Assembly (NCBI GenBank): GCA_030390025.1 | Contig: CM059431.1 | Span: forward strand, 94,304,001-94,368,000 | Source: Squalus acanthias | Lineage: Eukaryota | Reading direction: 5' to 3' | Length of the DNA stretch: 64,000 nucleotides | Part shown: positions 24,376 through 37,272 of the stretch, in pieces | How the letters are laid out: each line of letters begins with the position of its first letter | Position numbering within the stretch: position 1 is the first letter of the stretch | Translations under genes and position numbers: made by a program | Notes under the pieces: model-generated | Databases searched by the model: none | The model's input: only the letters and a program-made list of their open reading frames with translations | Told to the model about the DNA's origin: nothing

Positions 24376-25770
24376 CTTGCAAACGCTTCAGCCTTGTCTT
24401 TTGCACATGCGTGCTGGGCTCCACCATCATTAAGGATGGGGATTTTCATGGAGCCTCCTCCTCCCATTAGTTGTTTAATTGTCCACCACCATTCACGACT
24501 GGCTCTGGCAGGACTGCAGAGCTTTGATCTGATCCGTTGATTGTGGGATTGCTTAGCTCTGTCTATAGGATGCTGCTTCTGCTTTTTACCATACATGTAG
24601 TCCTGTGTTGCAGCTTCCCCAGGTTGGCACCGCATTTTTAGGTATGCCTGGTGCTGCTCCTGTCATGCTCTCCTACACTCCTTATTGAACCAGGGTTGGT
24701 CCCCTGGCTTGATGGTAATGGTAGAGTGAGGGATATGCCATGCGGTTACAGATTGTGGTGGAATACAATTCTGTTGCGATGGAGGGTGTCGTCAGTGTGA
24801 AGACGGAACTTGGTCTCCACAAGGACTGTGAGGTGGTCACTGCTACCAATGCTGTCATGGACAGATGCATCTGCGACAGGTAGATTGCTGAGATGGGGTC
24901 AACTATGTTTTTCCCTCATGTTGGTTCTCTTACCACCTGCTGTAGGCCCAGTCTGGCAGTTATGTCCTTCAGGACTCAGCCAGCAGTGGTGCTACTTGGT
25001 GATGGACAATGAAGTCCTCCACCGAGAGTACATTCTGTGCCCTTGCTACCCTCAGTGCTTCTTCAACATGGAGGTGTACTGATTCATCAGCTGAGGGAAG
25101 GCAGTTTCCTTGTCCATGCTTGACCTGAAGCCATGAGACTTCATGGGGTCCGGAGTCAATGTTGAGGACTCCCAGGGCCACTCTCTCCCGACTGTGTCAC
25201 CACCTCTGTTGGGTCTGTCCTGCCGGTGGGACAGGACATACCCAGGGATGGTGATGGAGGAGTCTGGGATATTGGCTGAAAGGTATGATTCTGTCAGGCT
25301 GTTGCTTGACTAGTCTGTGGGACAGCTCCCCCAATTTTGGCACAAGTCCCCAGATGTTAGTGAGGAGGACTTTGCATGGTTGACTGGGCTTAGTCCATTT
25401 TCATGTCCGAAGCTGGTGCCTAGGTAGATGCTGGGTGGTCTGTCCGGTTTTATTCTTATTATTGCTTTTCATAGCAGTTTTGTTACAAGTGAGTTGCTTG
25501 CTAGGCCATTTAAGAGTCAACCACATTGCTGAGAGTCTGGAGTCACATACAGGCCAGACCAGGTAAGGATGGCAGATTTCCTTCCCTAAAGGACATTAGT
25601 GAACCAGACAATCCGGTAGTTTTATGGTCACCATTATTGATACTCGCTTTTAATCCTAGATTTATTTGATTAATTGAATTTAAATTCCCCAGCTGCCATG
25701 GTCTCCAGATCATTAGTCCAGGCCTCTGAGATTACTAGTCCAATAACATAACCACTATGCTACCATTCCC
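24376..25770 (-). mobile_element. 5' part of the same second LINE family, with a tRNA-like head
   Basis: Near-identical to 22265-23447 with deletions. It extends 5' to an A-box TAGCATAGTGG at 25752-25762. Confidence 0.85.
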
Positions 25771-28700
25771 ATTACTTGACAAATTCAAAAAAAGATTATA
25801 TTCAAAAGCTTTTAAAACTTGCCCGATAGTTTCTTTGCGCACACAAAGAACCAGCTTAATTTTTAGAGCCTCCTCGAAGATCTGCAATGAGCGCAATTAG
25901 TGGAAACTCCCAATGGTGATTAATTCAATCGGGGGCCTGGGCAGTTTTGTTGGTGGGGCCTGGTTCTACGTGATGTTTTTTAACCTAGCACAAAAGGTTC
26001 CAAAACTCAATTTGACTGCTGAAGCAACGGTTCTGCTGCCTTGAACGTTCGGGAGGAGCCCTCCAATACTAGCCGGAGCGGGTGTCCCATTTCAGGATTG
26101 TCTGCTGCATGCTTCACAACTTGGCCATCACGAGGGTGCAGCCTTTGCTAGCAGGGATTTCGGGACCACCTTGGGAAGAGGATGAGGGAGAGGAGGAGGT
26201 GGAAGAGGAAGAGAAGCAAGAGGAAGAGGAAGTGGAAGAGGAGGAGGACGAGGAGGAAGGGAGCAAATCCCCCTTATACATGCGCTGTCCATGAATACTT
26301 CATCAGACTCCGATTCGAGTGAAGGAAACCCCAGATCCCTATTTCTGACCACATCCCCATCATACCATCCCTCTGTCACCGAACATCACAGCATCTTCCT
26401 GGGCACAATGCTCAAATGAGAGCCACCACAAAACAAACATTACAAACAAAATTAATACATTTATAAGTATTAAATTTACATTACAACATGAACTAATCAC
26501 CCTTATGCAATCTCTTAGTGCCTGTGTGCCCTTTCCTCCTCTAGTGCTCCTATGCAGTGCTCCCCCAGTGGCTGCAGCATGATTGGTGTAATGTTGCTGA
26601 GTTTCCGTGGGGGAGACTACAGATGGCATTGCAGGACAACCTTGACCAGCTGTGGACCTAGAAGTCCCGGCTGTAGACTGCACCTCGACATGGGTGACAG
26701 CAGTCTGGGCTGGCTGGTTCACGGGCAGCGGCATGGGCAATGGCAGAGTGGCAGTGGTGGAAGAAGGAATGGTGTCATCCTGAGAGAAGACAGCAGGTCC
26801 CTGCCCCGCAGACCCACTGCCACTCCCCCGGGATGGCACTTCAGCATTCCTAATAATCTGTTGGAGGACAGATTGCTGGCCTGCTGCGACACCCTGCAAG
26901 CCCATTTAGATACTGCAAAACCCAGCCACGATTGGAGTAATCTGACCATCAAGCATAGACAGCATTACAGCACTAGGATGTTGCGTTGCTTCCGCCTGTG
27001 CTGCAATGGAAGCCGCGACATCGCCCATCACACGCAGCATCATGGTGGGTCCACAAGGTCTCTCCTGGAGTTATCCATCATTTCCAGGCTGGAAATCACA
27101 GGATAACATAGAATATCCAGCACAGAAACAGGCCATTCGGTCCAACCAGTCCATTCCGACGTTTATGCTCCACTCGAGCCTCCTCCCATCTTTCCTCTTC
27201 TAACTCTATCAGCATAACCCTCTATTCCCTTTTCCCTCATATGCTTCTCTAACCGTTCCTTAAATGCATCTATACTATTCAGTTCAACCAATCCCTGTGG
27301 TCGTGAGTTCCACAGTCTCACCACTCTCTGGGTAAAGAAGTTTCTTCTGAATTCCCTATTTGATTTCTTGGTGACTATCTTATATTGATGGCCTCTAGTT
27401 ATGCTCTTCCCCACAAGTGGAAACATTCTCTCTCTGTATCTACTCTGTCAAAACCTTTCATTATTTTAAAGACCTCTATTAGGTCACCCCTCAGCCTTCT
27501 CTTTTCAAGGGAAAAGAAACCCAGCCTGTTCATCCTTTCCTGATATGTATACCCTCTCATTTCTGGTATCATCCTTGTAAATCTTCTCTGCACCCTCTTC
27601 AGTGCCTCTATATCCTTTTTATAATATGGCGACCAGAATTGCACACAGTATTCCAAGTGTGGTCTAACCAAGGTTCGATACAAGTTTAGCATAACTTCAC
27701 TACTTTTCAATTCTATCCCTCTAGAAATAAACCCTAGTGATTGGTTTACTTTTTTTATGGCCTTGTTAACCTATGTTGCTACTTTTTGTGATTTGTGTAT
27801 TTGGACTCCGAGATCCCTTTGTCCCTCTACCCCATCTAGACTTGCACCCTCTAAGTAATATGTGACCTTCCTTTTCTTCCTACCAAAATGTAATACCTCA
27901 CATTTATCTGTGTTGAAATTCATTTACCAATTTTATATGCCCATTCTGCAAGTTTATTAATGTCTTCTTGTAATTTGTTGCAGTCCTCCTCAGTATTGAC
28001 TATCTCCCGCACCCCCCTCCCACCCCAATTTGGTGTCATCCATAAATTTAGAAATTGTGTTTTTTATTCCAATGTCTAAATTGTTAATATAAACTGTGAA
28101 CAACAGTGGTCCCAGCACGATCCTTGTGGAACACCACTTCCCACCTTCTGCCACTGTGAATAGCTACCCTTTACCCATACTTTCTGCTTTCTGTCTTAAA
28201 GCCAGCTAACTATCCATTTTGCTACTTGCCCCCTGAATCTGAATTCTCTGACCTTATTCATTAGTCTATTATGTGGTACCTTATTGAAGGCCTTTTGAAA
28301 ATCTAGATAAATTACATCTACTGCTTTACTCTTGTCTACTCTCTGTTACCTCTTCAAAAAAGTCAATGAGGTTGGTCATGCAAGACTTTTCCTTTTGAAA
28401 TCCATGCTAACTATTCATTATTATATTTTTGGTTTCTAGATGTTCTTCTATTTTCTCCTTTAGTAGGGATTCCATTATTTTTCTACCACCACTGACTGGT
28501 CTATATTTCCCTGGACATGTTCTATCTCCCTTCTTAAATATAGATATTACGTTAGCTATCTTCCAGTCCTCTGGCACTACACCTTCTTCTAATGAATCAT
28601 TAAATATGTGTAGTAATGCCTCTTCTTTCTCTTTCCTAGATTCTTTGAAAATGCGTGGATGTAATCTGTCCGGACATGGGGTTTTATCCTCTTTGAGATT

Positions 28701-29344
28701 GATTAGTTTATTTAATATACCTCCTCTTTTTAGTTTAAATTCCGTTATCTTATTACTAATTTCATCATCTGATGTCATGTTCACATGTTCTCTCTCCCTA
28801 TAAATACTGAAGCAAAATAATTATTTATATTTCTGCCATCTCTCTATCGCAGCCTGTGGTATTATTTTGTCCATCCCTTAGTGGTACTATTCCCATCCCA
28901 ACCTTCCTTTTTTTATGTATGTGCCTGTAAAATATTTTACTATTTTGTTTTATGTTCCTTGATAATTAATTTCATAGTCTTTGCCTTCCTAATTGTTTTT
29001 TTGACTTCTCTCCTAATCTCTTTGTATTCTCCCTTATCAAGTTCTCCCCTGATGTCCATGTACTTAATGTATGCCTCTTTCCTTACCCTCAATTTTTCCC
29101 TTATGATGTTATTCATCCATGGTGTCTCATTAGTGTTTAGATTGTTCTTGTGTTTTAGCGGAATATATTGTTCCTGCACTCTGTTGAACACAGTTTTAAA
29201 TGTTTCCCATTGCTGTTCTACATCAGTGTTTGCCAATATTGTTGTCCATTTTATTTTCCCATGTTCTATTCTCAGCACCTCAAAATCAGCTTTTCTCCAA
29301 TCTATTACCCTGGTCTTCATCATACTTAGAGTCATAGAGTCATT

Positions 29345-30108
29345 GGCCCGAAAATTAGACCTAATACGCGAGACTACGCACTGTGTACTCTCACGTATTA
29401 GGTCCCGAATTGCCGGTTTCCTGCATGCACTGCGCATGCGCGGGAAACCGGCACTTCGTGTATTGCAAAGGGGTCGGTTCCTAAGTGAACCATGTGCGCA
29501 CGACAGGTTGTGCGCACGCAGTGCACTTAGTTTTTTTTCAGGTTTGAACGCGCAGGTAAGTGGTGAAGATTTTACACATAAAGAAAGCAGGCGTAGGACC
29601 CCCTTTTAACAAGGTAAGTAGTTAATTAAGTGTTATTTTAAATTTTTTTCAACAGGTTTATCTTTTTTAGAGGCTTTAAAGAAAGGTAAGTTTATTTTTA
29701 TAACTTTTAAAAAGATTTTAAATATTTTCAAAAATTTAATTTTTTGTTTAAAGTGGTTAATTTATTTAACTATAGTTATTTTATTAATGTGATGGCTTTT
29801 TTTTTAAATTTAATTGAGGTTTAGCTGTTCTTTTGGGGGCTTGTAGTATTCATAGCTTTGACAGCCCTTGCTGTCAAAACTATGAATGAAAGATGGTGTG
29901 CTGCCATTGGCTCTAACTGAATCACGTGATCCCAGAGCTCGCACGAACTAATTGCGCCTCTGGGACACGCAAGCACTGCACGGTTGCAACAGGGAGAGGC
30001 CCTGAAACTAAAGTTCGTGTGGGCCCGAAACAAAAAGGTAGGCGCGGAGTGCGATATCGCGGGGAATCCTTACCCCCGCGGGAACCATTGATGTTTAATT
30101 TCTGGGCC
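29345..30108. mobile_element. Non-autonomous Harbinger-like MITE with an AT-rich core
   Basis: TIRs GGCCCGAAAATTAGAC and GTTTAATTTCTGGGCC. It interrupts a CR1 3' tail (compare the uninterrupted tail at 61405). Confidence 0.8.
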
Positions 30109-31238
30109 AATATGGCTCAGAAGGAGGCCATTTGGCCCATCAAGTCCATGTCGGCTCTCTGTAGAGCAATCCAGTAAGTCCCATCCCACCGCTCTATCCC
30201 CGAAGCCCTGCAAGTTTATTTCTCTCAAGTGCCTATCCAATTTCCTTTTGAAATCATTCATCATCTCCGCTTCCACCACCCTCATCAGCAGCAAGTTCCA
30301 AGTCATTACCAATCGCTGTGTAAAAAAGTTCTTCTTCACATTCCCCCCTGTATCTCTTGCCCAAAACCTTAAATCTGTGTCCCCTAGTCTTTGTACCATG
30401 TACTAATGGGAACAGCCTTTCTCTGTCTAGCTTATCCAAACCTGTCATAATCTTGTACACCTCTATCAAATGTCCCTTCAACTTCCTTTGCTCCAAGGAG
30501 AACAACCTCAGCTTCTCCAATCTAACATTGTAGCTAAATTCCCTGGAACCATTCTGGTAAACCTCTTCTGCACCCTCTCAAGGACCTTCACATCCTTCCT
30601 AAAGTGTGGTGACCAGAACTGGACGCAATACTCTAGTTGTGGCCTAACCAGAGCTTTATAAAGGTTCAGCATAACGTCCCTGCTTTTGTACTCAATAACT
30701 CTATTTATGAAGTCCAAGGGGGAAAAATTCAGTTGGTTGCGCCTCCCGTTAGCGCCTTAAGAGGGCGCTAATGGGGCGTAAAGCCGCTAGCGCCCGGGCG
30801 CAGCGATGTTTGCGTCGCTCGGGAACTTAACTAGACATTGTGCGGCGGCGCTAAACTTTACCGCTGTGACCACCCGCGCGTGCAGATTGTGACGTCATTC
30901 CATGGTGCAACGCCCTTGTGGCGCCCCGGAGCGGAAATTGAGTGGCGCCCCCTGCCTTACCGCCTGGCGCATCCAACGACCGGAAGACTGGAACGCTATC
31001 AATCGCTGTGGGGCTGGGGGGGGGGGGGGGGGGGCGGCGCTATTTAAAGGGGGCCTCTTCCTGTCTTTTTCTGTGGTTGACATTTTTGCACCACTCGTTC
31101 TGAGAGAGAGAGAGAGATTCGGAGAGAGAGAGAGACTTCTGCATTGAGTCAACGCTTTGTGAGGTAGTTTTGCCTACTGATCCTAACTTCGCTGGTACTT
31201 TGGTTGCTGTCCTTCATAACTTTGCTTGCACAGAGACT

Positions 31239-32399
31239 ATGGGGACTGCACTGATTGGGGGCGTCGTCCTGCTCCAGCTGAATCGGAGGACACAGAGACG
31301 CAGAGAGAGAGTGGCAATGATGGCCAGACGGAGGAGGGCCAACAGGCGTATGTACAGGAGAGCTTACCCTCCCAGGGTATATCGTGAACAGCTCTCCTAC
31401 ATTCATATGTCTGAGGAGCTGTGTTTGCGAAGGCTGCGATTCAGCAAGGAGGTGGTCACTGAGCTCTGCCACCTGCTGCAGCCAGATCTGCAGCCTCAAC
31501 TGAGGTCCAGGACGTCTCTGTCGGTGGCAGTGAAGGTCACAGTGGCTCTCAACTTCTATGCTACTGGCTCATTTCAAGCTGCTGCTGGGGACCTCGCCAA
31601 TATCTCCCAGTTCGCGGTGCATTGCTGCATCCGGCAGGTCACAAATGCCCTCTTTAAAAGGAGACGAGAGTTCATCTCTTTCCCCATGACCCTAGACAAG
31701 CAGCGTGACCGCGCTCTGGGCTTTGTGAGGATAGCGGGCTTCCCCATGGTGCAGGGCGCCATTGACTGCACGCATGTGGCTTTGCGTGCTCCACATGAGA
31801 ATGCCGAGGATTTCCGGAACAGAAAGGGGTTCCATTCCTTGAATGTTCAGTTGGTCTGTGACCACAGACAGCTGATACTCGCTGTCAATGCCCACTATCC
31901 TGGCAGCTGCCACGATGCTTTCATCCTGCGCCAGACTACTGTGGCAGAACTTTTCGAGGCACCGCATCAGCCAGTTGGTTGGCTTCTCGGGGACAAGGGG
32001 TATCCATTGAGCACCTGGCTGATGACACCGCTCCGTACGCCCAACACCCCTACTGAGCTGTGGTACAACGAGAGCCATCAAGCTACCAGGAACATCATTG
32101 AGCGCACAATCGGCGTGCTGAAGCAACGGTTCCGCTGTCTCGACCATTCTGGAGGAGCCCTGCAGTACTCGCCTGAGCAAGTATCCAACTTCGTAGTTGT
32201 GTGCTGCATGTTGCATAACATGGCAATCGTCAGGACCCAGCCAATGCCACCAGGCCTAGGAGCACCACCAGAGGAGGAGGAGGAAGAGGAGGAAGAGGAC
32301 GAGGAGGATGATCATCAGCAGCACCAAGGCGGGAGGGCGGCCCACAATGGTGAAACTGCAAGGGCCGTCCGTCAACGGCTGATAGCAAGCCGCTTCTAG
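31239..32399 (+). CDS. Intact Harbinger DDE transposase (HARBI1-like, 386 aa from the first ATG)
   Basis: GAIDCTH, HDA, GDKGY, IERTIG, CCMLHN and an acidic tail. No stops. TATTTAAA at about 31041 upstream. Confidence 0.93.
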   Translation: MGTALIGGVVLLQLNRRTQRRRERVAMMARRRRANRRMYRRAYPPRVYREQLSYIHMSEELCLRRLRFSKEVVTELCHLLQPDLQPQLRSRTSLSVAVKVTVALNFYATGSFQAAAGDLANISQFAVHCCIRQVTNALFKRRREFISFPMTLDKQRDRALGFVRIAGFPMVQGAIDCTHVALRAPHENAEDFRNRKGFHSLNVQLVCDHRQLILAVNAHYPGSCHDAFILRQTTVAELFEAPHQPVGWLLGDKGYPLSTWLMTPLRTPNTPTELWYNESHQATRNIIERTIGVLKQRFRCLDHSGGALQYSPEQVSNFVVVCCMLHNMAIVRTQPMPPGLGAPPEEEEEEEEEDEEDDHQQHQGGRAAHNGETARAVRQRLIASRF

Positions 32400-32644
32400 G
32401 GCCCCTGCTGTGGAAATGGCTTCTGCCATTGCTAACAACATCAATGTACCCAGCACGCAACCCCTAAGCCGGCCAAGGCACCAATGATTCCAAACACCAA
32501 ACATGTATATTTTGAATACAAAAACTTATTTATTTTACAAACTCTGTGTGTGTCATTTCCTCATGACAAACTCATAGAAATAAACACAAAAAAACAGTCA
32601 TTAACATAACTGGTTCTCACAACCTGGAGATAATGTCCAAAACA

Positions 32645-34650
32645 CTAGACAAAAGTTGGACCACGAACCTCGGCCTTTAATAAAAAAATGACCAGCATTT
32701 TGTCACACCTCCTACTTTTTGCCCTTCGAGGGTGATCTCCTTCCCTTGCGCACTTCCCCCCTTCTAACCCTACTGCTCCTCCGTAATGGGACCTCAGTGG
32801 CTGCAGCAAGGCTGGTGGAAGGCTACTGATTGTCAGACCCTGACACTGCAGATGCCCCTGAAGGACGGCCTCGACCAGTTCTGGGCCTGGAGGGCCCGGC
32901 TGCAGACTGCACCAACTCTGCATGGGCGGCAGCAGTCTGTCCTACAGGCGGTGGCAAGTGCAGTGGAGAAGTGACAGTGTTGGCAGCAGGAATGCTGTCA
33001 TCTTGAGAGAGGACAGCAACTCCCTGCTCGACCGACACACTGGCACTCCCACGGGGCAGCACTTCAGCATCCGGAGCAATCTGCTGGAGCACAGATTTCT
33101 GGCCTGCTGCGGCGCGGTGAGAGCCCCGGGGACATGTGAACGAACCATCGAGGTTGGCAGCAGTCAGTGCTCGCGTGGCCTCAATCTGAGTCTGCATGAG
33201 AGCAGTCAGAGATGGAATCACGGCAGTCAGTGACTGAATTGCAGCACTAAGCTTTAGTGTGGCATCCGCCTGTGCTACAGCGAAGTGCTCCACACTCCTT
33301 GCCAGTGACGCAATGCATTCGGGCACCCTTCCCACTGCACCCATGAGCTCAGTGTGCATGCCCACCGCCTGGGTGTTCATTTCTGCGATCAGCCGCTCCT
33401 CCTCTGCGTCCATTGCAGTAGGAGTCGCTGGCATACTCTCCCTCTGGGGAGAAGGCCCCCGTTATTCCCTACCCCCATGGCGTTGCTGCAGCCCGCTGGG
33501 TCCTGGAGCTTCACCCTCATCAGACCCTTCCCCCCTGCTCCCCTCCAGGGAAGGCGTGTTCCCAGTGTGGGCATGGGCTTCCTCGGGAGAGGGTGGCACT
33601 GATGCTCCGGCTTCCTCTTCCTCCTCGGCTGCAGCTTCACTCCCACTGGCAGCTTCAGGGCCCGTCTCCTCAGCTGGTGAATCACCATCTGAAAGCAGGG
33701 AGGTACAAGAGTGGCTTTAGCGTGAGGAAGGGTGGCAGTAAGGGAGGAATAAGTGCAGCGAGTTAGCAAGTTGGATTGAAAGTGTCAAAGGCTGGTGTTG
33801 TGAGGGACAAGTGGAAGGACAGAGGACAAAAAGGTGATGACCTTACCATTGCTGTCCAGAACGGGGTCGGCGTCTCCAGTGGCGACGGGACCGATCACCC
33901 GGCTTGCCACAATCCTGTGGACGCGCTCCTCAAGATCGCTGAGGGGTTGCAGCTGAGGCCGCCCTCCACCTGTCCGTTGCTGTGGTACAACGAGAGCCAT
34001 CAAGCTTGGCCTGCAAGAAAAAGACAGCATCTGAGTAAATATACAGCCATGGTCTTGCCTGATGTGCCTCCCATAGGTGAATAGCCCTTACTGTATACAG
34101 CCATGGTCTTGCCTGATGTGCCTCCCATAGGTGAATAGCCCTTACTGTATACAGCCATGGTCTTGCCTGATGTGCCTCCCATAGGTGAATAGCCCTTACT
34201 GTATACAGCCATGGTCTTGCCTGATGTGCCTCCCATAGGTGAATAGCCCTTACTGTATGCAAAGTGTGGAATGTGTGTGTGTGTTTCATGAAAGGGCCAT
34301 AGGTGTTGGTTGAGTGTTGTGCATTGGGGTTTTAAGACCCTCTGGCCATAGAGTGAGGTTGAGATGGAGGGATGGAGAGGTATTGAGAAAAAGCCACTCA
34401 CCCTGACGACCCGAGTGAGGTCGTTGAACTTTTTGCGGCATTGAACATGGGTCCTGGGCACCATGCTCTTGGAGGAGACGCTCTGAGCCACCTCCCTCCA
34501 CACTCTTCTGTACTCGCGTGGCAAAGGCCTCCTGCCACTCTCAGGGAAGAGTATACATCTTCTGCGCTCCACCGCGCCAACCAGAGCAGCCAAGGCCTGC
34601 TCGGTGAAGCGCTGAGCTCGTTCTCTCACCCTCTCCATCCTTGGCTGCAA
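32645..34650 (-). pseudogene. Harbinger Myb/SANT-like gene, exons 34650-34402, 34010-33847 and 33688-about 32645; frameshift in exon 2, stops at about 33463 and 32823
   Basis: RFTEQALAALV..W..V..RTHVQCRKKFNDL trihelix/Myb-like motif and canonical GT-AG junctions. Confidence 0.88.
34042..34257. repeat. Four perfect copies of a 54-bp unit in intron 1 of the Myb gene
   Basis: TACAGCCATGGTCTTGCCTGATGTGCCTCCCATAGGTGAATAGCCCTTACTGTA x4. Confidence 0.97.
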
Positions 34651-37272
34651 AATGGATTCACAGGTCTCTCCAGGCTGAGATTCAAGGCTGCAATGAGCAG
34701 GGTGTGGCTGGGGAGCAAGTTGGCCCCCCCCCCTTTAAGAACTGGCCGGCGCCAGTGTGTCTGTGTTCCCTCGCTAACTGGCAGCACCTGCGCTGCGCTC
34801 GCGCGCTGAGTTAGCGCCTCACTGCTCGGCCTTTGCGCCTTCAGACAGGTGTGCAGCGCCTGATTTAGCGCTCCACTCACCTCCCGGGGCGGTAAAAGTG
34901 AAGTTTCCAGTCAGTGGCGATAATTAGCGCCAGGCGCTAATTTTTGCGTCCAGACGATATTTGCGCCCCAAACGGGGCGCGACCTAATTTTTCCCCCCAA
35001 GATCCCATATGCTTTGCTTACTATTCTCTCAATATGTCCTGTCACCTTCAAAGATCTATGCACATGAACCCCCAGGTCCCTCTGTCCCTGCACACTCTTT
35101 AGAACTGTGCCATTAAGTCTATATTGCCTCTCCCTATCCCTTCTGCCAAAATGCATCACCTCACACTTCTCTGTATTAAATTCCATCTGCCACTTGTCTG
35201 CCCATTCTGCTAGCCTATCTATGTCCTGTTGTAGTCGATTGGTATCATCCTCACAGTTTGCCACACCTCCAAGTTTGGTATCATTGGCAAATTTTGAAAT
35301 TTTACACTACATTCCAATATCAAAGTCATTTATATATATCAAAAAAAGCAGTGGTCCTAGCACTGGCCCTTGAAGAACACCACTGTCTACCATCCCCCAG
35401 TCTGAAAAACAGCCATTTACCACAACTCGTTGTTTTCTGTCCTTAAACCAATTTCTTATCCAAGCTGACACTGACCCTCCTTTCCCATGAGCCTCAATTT
35501 TTTTAATCAGCCTTTTATGTGGTACTTTGTCAAACTCTTTCTTAAAATCCATATAGACAATATCCATTGCATTCCCTTCATCAACCTTCTCTGTTACTTC
35601 ATCAAAAGATTCAATTAGATTAGTCAAACACTATCTGCCTTTTACAAATCCGTGCTGGCTCTCCTTAATTAACGTAAACCTTTCCAAGTGCCTGTTAATT
35701 TTTTCCCTGATTATTGTTTCTAAAACCTTACCCACCACTGATGTTAAACTGACCGGCCTGTAGTTAATAGGATTCTCCTTACACCCTTTTTTGAACAAGG
35801 GTGTCACATTTGCCACTTTCCAATCCTTTGGCACCTCCCCTGCATCTAGGGAATATTGGAAAATTAAGGCAAGTCCTTCTGCTATCTCCACCCCCACTTC
35901 CCTTAGCAACCTGGGATGCAAGCCATCCGGACCAGGTGACTTATCCACTCTAAGAATATCCAGCCTTTCCAGTACATCCTGCCAATCAATTTTCACCCCA
36001 TCCATTACCTCTACCATCTCTGCTTCTACCGATATTTTGTCAGCATCCTCTTCCTTAGTAAACACTGATACAAAGTACTCATTAAGTATTCTAGCCTTGT
36101 CCTGCGCCTCTAAGCATATATCACCTTCTTTGTCCCTAATAGGCTCCACCCCACCTTTTACTACCCGCTTACTATTTACATGCCGGTAGAAGATTTTTGG
36201 GTTCCCTTTTATGTTACCTGCCATTCTATTCTCATATTCTCTCTTTGCCAGTCTTATTTTCCTCTTCACTTCCCCTCGCAACTTATTGTATTTGACCTGA
36301 TTCTCACTTGAAGAATTCACCTGACATGCATCATACACCCTCTTTTTTGTTTCATCATCTTCTCTATCTCCCTCGTCATCCAAGGAGCCCTGACTTTGGT
36401 TCCCCTACCGTTCCCTCTTGTTGGAATGTACCTAGCTTGTACCTGAAACATCTCCTCCTTAAAGATCACCCATTGTTCTGTTACACTTTTTCCTGTCAAT
36501 CTTTGGTTCCATTTTACCCTGGCTCGATCCCCTCTCATCCCATTGAAGTTAGCCGTCTTCCAATTTAGAAGTTCTACTTTAGATTGTTCCTTGCTCTTCT
36601 CCATTATTAATCTATCTCTTACCCAAGTGTTCTCCCACAGACACTTGGTCCACTTGGCCCACCTCATTCCCCAGCACCAGATCCAGCAATGCCGCCTTCC
36701 TCATTGGGCCGAGAACATACTGATCAAGGAAGTTCTCCTGAACACATTTCAGAAATTCTCCCTCTCCTTTCCATTTAATCTAACATTATCCTAATCGATA
36801 TTTGGGTAATTAAAGTTCCCCAATATCACCACTCTATAGTTCTTGCACATCTCTGTGATTTCAATGAAGATTTGCTCCTCTATCTCTCTCTCACTATTTG
36901 GAGGCCTATAGAATATCCCCAATAGTGTGATCATACCCTTTTTGCTTCTTAGCTCTAACCAAATGGATTCTGTCCTTGCCCCCTCAAGGACATCCTCTCT
37001 TTCCAACACTACAATGTCTTCCTTAATCAGCACTGCCACCCCATCTCCCTTTTTTCCTTCCCTATCTTTTCTGAACACCTTGTATCAGTAAATATTAAGT
37101 GCCCAGTCCTCACCATTTTTAAGCCATGGATCTGTTATTGCCACTACATCATATTCCCACACGGCTAATTGCGCTTGTAGCTCACCAACTTTATTCACCA
37201 CACTTTGTGCGTTTACATACATGCATTCCAAACCTGTCTTTGTATTCCTCATAGTCCTTCTTAATCTGCACC

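Larger units (their letters stand above)
30718..34997 (+). mobile_element. Complete Harbinger transposon (4.28 kb)
   Basis: Perfect 12-bp TIR GGGGGAAAAATT, 3-bp TSD CAA (30715 and 34998), host CR1 continuous (KAYGIL|DFINR), two convergent genes. Confidence 0.97.
29329..37272 (-). mobile_element. CR1 ORF2 (EN to 3' tail), degraded, interrupted by a MITE and a Harbinger
   Basis: (CTATGACT)n tail at 29329, RT at 30110-30717 and 35001-35800, endonuclease at about 36650-37230. Confidence 0.9.

Noticed and set aside
25740..25770. Functional tRNA gene
   Set aside because: Only an A-box is present, with no B-box or cloverleaf, and it is fused to retroelement sequence.
28881..29609. 242-aa hydrophobic plus-strand ORF and similar antisense ORFs
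   Set aside because: These are antisense shadows of purine-rich CR1 ORF2 running into a MITE.
31239..32399. Domesticated host gene HARBI1 (or NAIF1/MSANTD for the partner)
   Set aside because: It is flanked by TIRs and a TSD, is inserted in a CR1, and has many paralogs in the window.
34042..34257. CRISPR-like array
   Set aside because: The units are contiguous and identical with no spacers, there are no cas genes, and the context is a eukaryotic intron.
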